DNA of 33,000 nt from Ylistrum balloti (lineage: Eukaryota), in contig NW_026782401.1 in NCBI RefSeq assembly GCF_031769215.1, forward strand, positions 1,426,001-1,459,000, in the 5' to 3' direction. Of this stretch, positions 24,149 to 33,000 are shown piece after piece. Below the pieces are notes generated by a model. The model worked only from the letters and a program-made list of their open reading frames with translations. It was not told the origin of the DNA and searched no databases. Within the stretch, counting starts at the first letter, position 1. Every line of letters starts with the position of its first letter. The translations under genes were made by a program, and so were the position numbers.

Positions 24149-25532
24149 ATCTCTAATGCATTAATTAGGATCTTCTGTTTAGATTTAATTGCGGTTAATT
24201 TCATTGTTTTCCGTATCATAATATACGCTTGATCTTGCTCCCGGCAAGGATACATATATATGTTTATTTTTCTGTTGCGTTGGTATCTCTTGGTATGCCT
24301 TGGCTGGTATCTCTTTCGAACGTAGTATTATTTGTTTACAATTTCCTGACAGCCTTGAAAACAACTATAAAACTTCTACAGTTTATATTTTGAATATAAT
24401 TTCCAATATAAATACAAAATCAGTCAACATTAAACAGTGAGTCATTTATTTCCTCTGTGTGATCATATACTAAAAACGAAGACGAGATCGGAGAAGTACT
24501 GGAACAGAGCGATGAGTTGGAAGGATTTGAAGACTATTCTTAGAATGGCTCCGGATCTCGCATCAGCTGTTCCAGTAAATCAAAATGTAATGATAATAAC
24601 ATAAATCGGTGTTTTATAGAACGTGAAAAGGTTATAAAGAGATGGGTACGTTATGGACAACAAAAAAAAAACTTTCTAGCTCATTCTAATTTAGTAATGG
24701 AGAAGTAAATGATATTTCAACGCTGCACAAATCAGTAGTCGTCTGTGTGCACAAGTAGACAGAAAAGATCAGATAATACTTCAAACGTTTGTCAATGTGA
24801 GCAAATGTCTTAGTGACAAGGGAAAAGCAAATAATGAATATTAGCTTTTCGTTCAAGACACCATGACGAAAAGACAACACAAATGTAAACAAACAGGGAT
24901 GGAGTAAAATAAAATTATAAAGCACATTATTTTTTTTTTTAAAAAAAGCCTACAACGTGCAATTATTGAACAAAGTTAAATGTTTGCATGTCGTTCAGTG
25001 AATTACCAGCAGCTATTCTGTCAAGACATGCCTAATAAATTTCGAATAAAAGTATAAAGAAGCAACGTATATTTTAGAAAGTCTAGTACAACAAATTATG
25101 CATTTTAGCTGATACCTGTTTTATATGCTACTAAAGACAAATGAGTTTTTTTTTTATTTCTTACTGAAAATTCCATCTAGACACAGGTATGAATAAATAC
25201 CAAAATGGCAGCTATTGCCCTAGTGTTTGTGGGTCACCAATGTATCATATCAAACAAGCTAGGTTTTAACAAAAAATATTTCATGATATTTATATATTGT
25301 CTGAAAGAAGTGTTGCTTTTATTCATATGATAACATTGATGGTATTGTTGAACATACTTAAACATCATGTTATTATTCTTTAAATCGTGATAAATAGCGA
25401 TTGTTTGGTATTGCTTTCTATTTCAAGACAAGAAATGACAGAATTTATAAGTTAGGTATTAATAATTGTCTTCTCTATACAAATGTTGAGTTTTTTTTAA
25501 CAATCAGCATGCTTCTATCAACTAATATTTTG

Positions 25533-25548
25533 TCTATCTATCTATCTA
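25533..25548. repeat. (TCTA)4 microsatellite
   Basis: tctatctatctatcta read directly. Confidence 0.85.
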
Positions 25549-26707
25549 TATATGTGTGTGCAAAAATGAATTCGCACTTATTATATGGTACTGGGTTTTA
25601 TTATTTTTAAATAATTTAAAACTATATTAGCATTATAAAATATTACAGGAAACATCAATATATGGTCATTCGAAAAGCTGAAAACAGAAATAAATATAGG
25701 TCTTATAACGGAATTGAAATGTTAACTATACACCTCAGTGCCCATTAAGATACATAGCAGCAGTCATCTCTGTTATAATGCCAAGGTTTAATTAATTACA
25801 CTTAGCTATCCTCATCATATTTCATCAGTGTTATGACGCTGCTCATGTGTTAATTCTGACTGGCCCTATCTATCAAAAGTAGCACTACTCAGTGACGGGC
25901 TGACTAACACAGTTATATATCAATTAATGTCCAATTATAGCTTTGTTTATTTATATAGGTGACCTATTTCATTTTATTAATTAAGACCTTGAGCTCGACA
26001 GCTTTACACATAATCGCATTTCATTAATAACGATATGCATCGAATCGAGACAAATGTACTAATATTGAATCAGAGGAAGGGGAGATAACCTGGTTTCATA
26101 ATACTAATTAAAGATACACAATGTTGATATTATTGAAATATTTGTATGTAATAGTTATAGTAGTATAGCCTATGATGTAATGAAGAAGTAATAACATTGT
26201 AAGCGGACCTAATTTATCAAGTAAAATATCACTAAGGGCATAGAAAGTTTGACAAAAAAGTTAAAGAATTTAAACATTACTATAATATTAATTACTCGTC
26301 CTTTATTACATATGTAGTACTTTCCAGACTTGTATGAAACATTAATTATGTCATTATAGGCCATACATACGTAGTGAAACTGATTGCTTAAGATTACTGT
26401 AAATATCAGCATTCAAACACATTCTCAAAAGTAAGGAAGAAGATAATTTTGTTGGTGTAGCATTTCAAACAGGACAAGTGTTTATTATTATTGCATACAT
26501 ACTCATGCTGCAAAAATATTATAAGTTCGAAGTTTTTCAGACTTTCCATTAGAATATTCTTAAACATTAGGAATAAAATATACACACAATAACATTACAA
26601 AGGCATTTCCTTATCGTTTCATATTCGCAATATGAGGAAAGCAAAGAAAATATTGCCGAAAGTTAACAGTATATGAAGGAAAACACAAATACGATGAAAC
26701 CAAGGCA

Positions 26708-26815
26708 CAATTTGAACAAAAGAGAAATTAACACGGAAAATAATAAAAAAAAAAAACAATGTGACGAGAATAAAATCAGGTGTTACGAAACACTAAACGT
26801 CTTCCGTTTTCAAAT
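26708..26815 (-). mobile_element. Solo, decayed copy of the Penelope-like element 3' tail
   Basis: tgaacaaaagagaaattaacacggaaaat...aataaaatcaggtgttacgaaacactaaacgtcttcc aligns by eye with tgaacaaatgaaatatttacacggagact...aataagaccatgtgttccggaagaggaagcgtcttc at 11409-11491. Confidence 0.55.
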
Positions 26816-27609
26816 ACATTGTTCATAGCATTCAATTTATTCTAACCTCATACATTTCGATTAGAGAGGATATTAAACAAATACTTTGAAATTATTAATT
26901 TTCGTGTGTGTACTATTTCAATCATTCTGTGGTTACACTTTTTCTCATCGGAATCAAATATCCATGAAATGTTAAAACTTGTATAAGAAACTTATTGCGT
27001 TATAATTATCCACGCAATCAAATATCATCGTTAAAGTGGGTTTTTTTTTTCGAAAAATCAATAAAATTCGCATCCATGAAAATATTACATTATTGTACGT
27101 AAGAGTTTTAAATACTGCTGATTCGCATAATTTTACAATAATTAATATGCAATAATAAGCATTTAACAACTTATTTACATATATACAAAGTGGTCATCAA
27201 TGTTTACGTAACCTATCGTATGAGTCAGTGTTATAAATAATGAAGTGAATAATAATGAAATAATCAATTATTTTTTTAAACATAGTTCATGAAATTAGTA
27301 GATTGCAAGGCCTAGACCACAACCACAATACATTATTGATCATGTGAAAAGTAAAATCTCAAAAGACCAAAGAGTATTTATGATGCTTTGATTTCTTACA
27401 ATCATACAATCGCGTAACTGTCCTCGGTAATAACATGTTTGTTTTCAAACACTAACATGAAAATACAATATATAATCATGAATATAAAATGTACAAAAAT
27501 GAAACAATTTTATATCAGCAAAGCGTAAGCTAGTGCCACGGTTTTCAGGCAAAAATACTTAGGGTTGTTTCCTTTAAGTAGAACCAATTCTAGACACTAA
27601 CACAGTCCA

Positions 27610-28046
27610 GACATATCTGTTTCGGCGACCTTTTGCAGCTCCTTAGAAAAGCAAATGAAATTATTCTCATTTTGGAATATTAGGTTTCTGGAAATTCGGA
27701 AAGAGTTCCGCACAATTTGGCCCTACTCGATGACAATAGAGCAATTTAGTCCGCCTTTACACTATCAGGAAGTGCAGACAAATGTTTGTTGTACACTGGT
27801 GTGATGCCACATGCTACAAACATCGATTTGACCTAGACTCCCCAACATCCCTGATGAGTTTGTATTCAATTGAATGATTCCAGAATTGAATCAGTGTAAT
27901 TATAGACTCAGAGGCGTAGTAATTAATCCGGAAAGTTTAACACCCCGTGGATATCTGTATCAAACTTGTGATACTATACGCCTAATGTAGCGTTTAATTC
28001 GGGAAACAATTGTGCGTGGACGAGTTGTGCATGTAAAAGGCCATGT
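27610..28046 (+). pseudogene. Possible remnant of a large DNA-transposon-associated protein C-terminus (CXC-like end)
   Basis: Frameshifted, collinear fragments DISVSATF (cf. GCDxVSAF), KCLLYTG (cf. CLLYG), HMLQTSI*PRLPNIPD, FVFN*M and NCAWTSCACKRPC (cf. C-x-C-x-K-x-x-x-P-C). Similarity is judged from memory and is weak. Confidence 0.3.
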
Positions 28047-30519
28047 TTTATGTTATAGCGTGTTATTCAGTACAAATGAACACACCAGCTAACCTTTGCA
28101 AATAAAAAGTTTCATACGTACTGACAGAGTTTCAGTAATGAGGATATTGTTTTCATATCTATCGCGCTCTGTAAAACATGTTCAAAGTGCAGAATGAATG
28201 GGTTTCCCAAGGTTATGATGGATCTGCAGTTGTAACGTCATTATGCAGTGATTTTATTGTCTTGCATTATTTTATAATATTTTGAAAGACCACAATAAAT
28301 TAATAATGTGCTTTGATAATCGATCCCTGTTTCAGGTTTACAACTAACACTGAGCAAAGATGAAAAAATATGAATCTGAGATTTTTGGTTTTCGATGTTT
28401 TAAAGATTTTATTTCCTAAGAATGAAGTAAGGAGTATTCTTGCATTCAATAAGGATATTTTCTTCACAATATACTTTGACTTTGCGTTATGCTGATGAAA
28501 AAAATATCATTTTTATTCTTATTTAGGAAAATTAAAATACTGTTGATTCAAGACAGCTGAAACGGAACGACCTTTCACTCCTTATGGGTGTCTTTAATAA
28601 CGTCGAGTACAATGATTTATAGTTTACATGTACTATTCAAAAATCCAAAACACTGTTCTTAATTGAAAATTATTCCATTTGATACCAACAAGATACCTGC
28701 TATGTACCAACATTATCATTACAATACTAACGATGACTTTGCGTGTCCTTCAGACGATCACTATACGCTTGCATTCTTTAAAAAAATCACGACGGATGAT
28801 TTCTTCCTGCCATTTCTATTCTAGTTATCCAGAACTAAATACAATTCACAAGTCGTCTAGGCCGCTGTGTCATTGCTCCTCTCGTCCCTAAATGTCGGAA
28901 TAAACAGTCTTCTTTTTCTTTCAATTTGTTGAATTGATGTGATTTTAAGTCAGTTTTAAAACCCCACACAGATTCTGCTGAAAGATAAATTCAAAAACAC
29001 ATACATTTTCTCACTCTGCTTTAATACTACAAAGCATAAATTATAAAAAAGAAAACGCACAAAAGGAGATGGTAGTAATTTGTGAGTTGCTTGTGTGTGT
29101 TGTTGCTTGGGTGTTAGGGTCATTAAGAGGGTATTTATCCACAGACCTATCTCACTCCCTGATCCCCAACCCTTCGGTCGACCATTAATCACTACTTATC
29201 AGAGACCGTGGATCACATCGGGAAGGGATGCCATTTGACTGATGCCCATCTAGGAAAAAGAGATACAGTGTTTTGATAGATTGTGCGACACCTTTGACAC
29301 AGCCAGCGTATCCAGGGACGACGGATCACATCAGCCTCCCAGCGTCTGCAACAAGCCTAACAACAGTCCTATATAAGGGTTTAGAGAGCTGTGATGGAGA
29401 CTTAAACAACATTCCAAATGATATTGTATAAGTAGTAGTGAAAAGAAGGACTGTTCCATTTATCTGTATAACATTTTGTCAAATCTAAATCAAGAACCTT
29501 CGCAAATTAAAAAGCTCCTACAGAAAAATAATTCTTGTTAAAAAGACAGTTTACAATACCCTAAATTTCATCACTGTTCCACACCTGTTTACATACCAGG
29601 TTTAATACTTAACGCAGATTTTTCCTTCGAAATTACATGAAACGCTACTGGATAGCAAGCTATATCAAGTTACAAAGACAGCAACAAGTGTTTCACCAAT
29701 TTATTTGTATTTTTGAGCATACGTGATTCCATACCACTCTGATGCGTGAAAGTAACAGAAATATTTATCTGATTGGGAATATCCGTCTGTTAAATAATCA
29801 GTGATTTAATATTCATAATGAGAGCTGAGGGACGTGATTGTTAAAAATTAATTGATATTCCAATTCAATTGGTCGTTTTGAACAGTATTCCAACATCAAC
29901 AAGTTGATAAACAGAGATTGAGTTCTAATGCCAGGGATATGCCATACGAGATGAAGTTTTGAGGCAGCCCAGGTCACGAGTAGCATAAGTTTGGTGAATA
30001 TAAGATGAAATCGAAATATGAGACAAAAAAGTCCCTTTGATATGATATAATCAGTTAGTGCTATTACATTGGGATACATATTTTGTAATTGCGTGAACTA
30101 AATGTAATGCCGAATTGTTTTGATAATATATTCTTTTTCCAAAAACCGATAGTAAAATTTCAACTAATTACAGAATATGAATAAAAATTACGATAGATGT
30201 AAAAATAGCAAAATATGTAGACAAGAAGCAAATTTAAATGTTTCTTTTGGAAGCGACTAGCAAATTATTAGAATAATGTTTTTACACAATTTAACTAATG
30301 AAGGAAAATATTCCTAGAGGAACAAACCAACTTTATGATGCAGTTTATTTATCATTTTTCTCAACTGTGTCTCGCTCAAAATTAGCATGAAAAGGTGATA
30401 TTCGTAAGTGTATTTCAATCATTATGACGTCATTGTAAATTAGAAACGACCCAATATGCATGTGTAAAAGGATTTTGTCGGTACCAAACATTATAATTTT
30501 CATAGTTCAGGGTCAAGTA

Positions 30520-31660
30520 AATGTAAGCAGTATGTGATTTATCATAATTCTTTGGAAAACATGTATTGCCGGTGTACTTCATTCTAATGACATAATTCCA
30601 CAATCATAGGACATTGTATTCTGTTACTCCTTTGATATATGAATATCATACAAACCATTAGTCATACATAAAAGGATCAGCTGTTATCATATATCATACA
30701 GTACACTATGGTCCAAAAAATCACTTTTTTCAAGTCGATATTCTAATATTCTGTATAACTGATTTTATTGTTTATCGGTGCATGTTTCATTTGATAACAT
30801 CTTGTCATGACATTTTTATACCATTCAATAACCTTAAAGACAGAAACCGTCAAAGGCAACAGTTTTGCTTTATTGTGTGTTGTTTTCGGAACTCTTGAAA
30901 GTTAAGAACATTTTGTCAACGAGTAAAGGAGATATTAAAACCTGTTATTTCTTGTACAAAATTCACACTCATGAATTACATCTTTCAATACAAATATGTT
31001 TTGTCCTTTAAGGACTCGTCAGTGAATATTAGGGTCTAAATTTTGACTAGAAGGCCACTCAGGAAAAACCAAATAAATCGTCAACGGTTTTGTAAGGCTG
31101 TGTATAGTCTATGTTTGCGATGCTGCTTAGAATCGCTAGTACCTACATTATTATTAAATCAGTTCTTATTTGGAGAGCATGCCTTGCTTTCATTAACTCA
31201 CTTATGTATAATGAAATGCCGGGTGTCAGAGATGCAGAATATGGCACTTGCCATTCCAGCATAACTGGTCGAATTCCACGTGTTCTGTTTTAGGAATTTC
31301 TGTAAGCATTTTTCTGCTATTCGTTTTATTGCTGATGAGATGACATTTGATAACAAATCAGTTCTTATTTTTTTTCTCTTCTAATTATGTGGTTTGCTAA
31401 ACATTTTTATTACTAAAATCTGCCTATCGCATTGCAACATTGTGCACCCAAGCAGGAATATAAAAAAATGGATTTTGAAGAACCATAAAAACGTCTTACC
31501 AATCTCAAACAAGTTTCAATTAAACTTATTTTTTTTTTTAGATTTCCAATGGTATATTCTTATAATCATGTCAACAATCTACTCATTAAATCTAGTAATT
31601 CTACAGTTACACAGAAGCAGACCATTATCTTCTGGGGAAAAAGTTTGTAAAGTGGATTGC
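30520..31660 (-). pseudogene. Heavily decayed reading frame, tentatively Mab-21/cGAS-like receptor C-terminal half
   Basis: Ordered fragments LLT*L*E/IPLEI*K, SLIETCLRLVRRF, NPFFYIP, SKQHRK, YLLYSLTKCS, VIFLDHSVL, PAIHVFQRIMINHIL resemble remembered bivalve Mab-21 motifs. There are many stops and frameshifts, so over-fitting is possible. Confidence 0.2.
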
Positions 31661-31904
31661 ACGTATGAATATAACGAGGTTTAATCTCAAAACATCATTT
31701 GCTAATATCTTGTACTTCTGTTTGCCAATTACTTTTAATCTACTGTATACACAAATGTAATTATGTTTAATAGATATAAAACTAATCGCAATTTCTTCAT
31801 GTATGTTTTAGAAGATTTAAACTGGAAACCATATACGAAATATTATGTCGAACACTCTGAATAATTTTCATACTCACCAAAATAATATCATACTAAATAT
31901 ATTC

Positions 31905-31905
<1 letters not shown>

Positions 31906-31943
<38 letters not shown>
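31906..31943. repeat. (TA)19 microsatellite
   Basis: 38-nt perfect TA repeat read directly. Confidence 0.97.
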
Positions 31944-31948
<5 letters not shown>

Positions 31949-32189
31949 GAATTAAACAACATCAGTTGTGATATATCAAGTTTTATTTCGATTTGTTTTT
32001 AAACTATGGAATGCAATGAAAAAATACATTTTATCGGCGATGTTACATGATAAGAGAGTATTACTTTTTATCTAGCCGTTACAGAAATTTATAGGTTGCT
32101 GTTATCAATTTGGATTATGTAAGGGTGTTAAAAACATACACAAAACAAGATGTGCACCAAAATTGCCTTCAGGAGATAAAGTGTACAAT

Positions 32190-32305
32190 TTTGAATAAAA
32201 CTGCGTTTCTGTTGTCGATTTCCATGTCCTTTTGACGCCCTCCAAATGGATTTTATTAAAGTTGTAGGGACTGTTCCTGTTGTATCCTTTATTTCTCACT
32301 TCCAT
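32190..32305 (-). mobile_element. Short Penelope-like RT fragment
   Basis: Minus strand gagaaataaaggatacaacaggaacag = EIKDTTGT (cf. ELEIKDTT), then MEIDN and, in another frame, FYSKLY (cf. LEIDNEGRLKTKLYD). Confidence 0.45.
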
Positions 32306-33000
32306 GCACGAATACCGGTGTACAGTATTAGTTCTTTCTCTCTCGTGTGGTCTCTTCTTTTGATTAGTAACTTCACCGGGGACTGTCTTTTAGCTGCCTT
32401 GTCATGAAATATGGATGTCAACATGCATAATTTCAAGATATTTGAAGAATTTACTAAATTGTTTTGTTCGAAAAAATCGATTTTTACTACACCGTTTATC
32501 TTTTAGCTCCCCACAAATCATCCAATACATTTCTCATCCCGCGCTGTCTATTTGAGAGATGATGCTGTTCAATGACAAATGGCAGAAGATCTCCCGTGAA
32601 CAATTCTAACTATAGATTCTATTTTATTCGGGATATTGTAAATCTAACGTTGATCCTTTTAGTGCGGTTTGTTATCGCGTTGCTAATTCTGCGAAAGAAT
32701 TAAAGTGCACTCTATTTCACAGTCCAATTTTGTTCTTTGCAGTTGTCCAATCATTTGGTCTGGTGTTCCTGAAAGCACAAAGCGTCTGGATGACGCCGGG
32801 CTGTGTGTATTTCCTTGATATTTCTTAGTTCCTTGTCGAACATTTTTGCATAACAATATCACTAAACATTGCATGCAAAGTAGAATATAAGAAAGAACCA
32901 AGCTTCATTTGGTAAAAGGTCTCCTTTTCACCTTGAAATTGCTTTTCATTTACCGTATTCACTTCATGCAATATTGAAGCATTGATCTTAATATTTATCA

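Noticed and set aside
24475-24543. Acidic peptide NEDEIGEVLEQSDELEGFEDYS* (piggyBac N-terminus-like)
   Set aside because: Only 22 codons of purine-rich sequence, with no TTAA-bounded terminal repeat or downstream transposase.
26760-26805. Hammerhead-like TGACGAG...CGAAAC...GTC
   Set aside because: The core C3 is missing, stems I and II do not pair, and the stretch is explained as a PLE tail copy read antisense.
29202-29332. ETVDHIGKGC as a non-LTR zinc-knuckle remnant, with a duplicated GGATCACATC
   Set aside because: The upstream CxxC is absent and no RT or endonuclease sequence is adjacent.
1329-32901. The supplied six-frame ORFs as genes
   Set aside because: All are 60-102 aa, many start at GTG/TTG or are low-complexity. 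Apart from those overlapping PLE RT remnants, none shows a recognisable domain.
1-33000. CRISPR array, rRNA, tRNA or snRNA genes
   Set aside because: No regularly spaced repeats or conserved RNA-gene sequences were seen; the only A/B-box pair belongs to a SINE.

Overview
AT-rich eukaryotic, largely non-coding DNA; the repeat families suggest a bivalve mollusc, possibly a scallop (inference). I recognise no intact protein-coding gene, rRNA, true tRNA gene or CRISPR array, and none of the supplied 60-102 aa ORFs is a convincing stand-alone gene. The best-supported features are a decayed Penelope-like retroelement RT with its 3' tail (about 11340-12230, minus strand; Naiad-like C-terminal RT layout), further fragments of that family (about 7400, 26710, 32200), and a tRNA-derived V-domain SINE (about 16600-16770, minus). 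Weaker candidates are a decayed DNA-transposon protein C-terminus, a possible decayed Mab-21/cGAS-like-receptor ORF, and several exon-like segments on both strands. The most unusual unexplained signals are a CpG-rich hairpin-dense island (18380-18680), four perfect octamer sites within 700 bp (23456-24148) and an excess of TGACGTCA palindromes. I cannot establish a novel biological system from the sequence alone. Family assignments rest on motifs recalled from memory, not on database searches.
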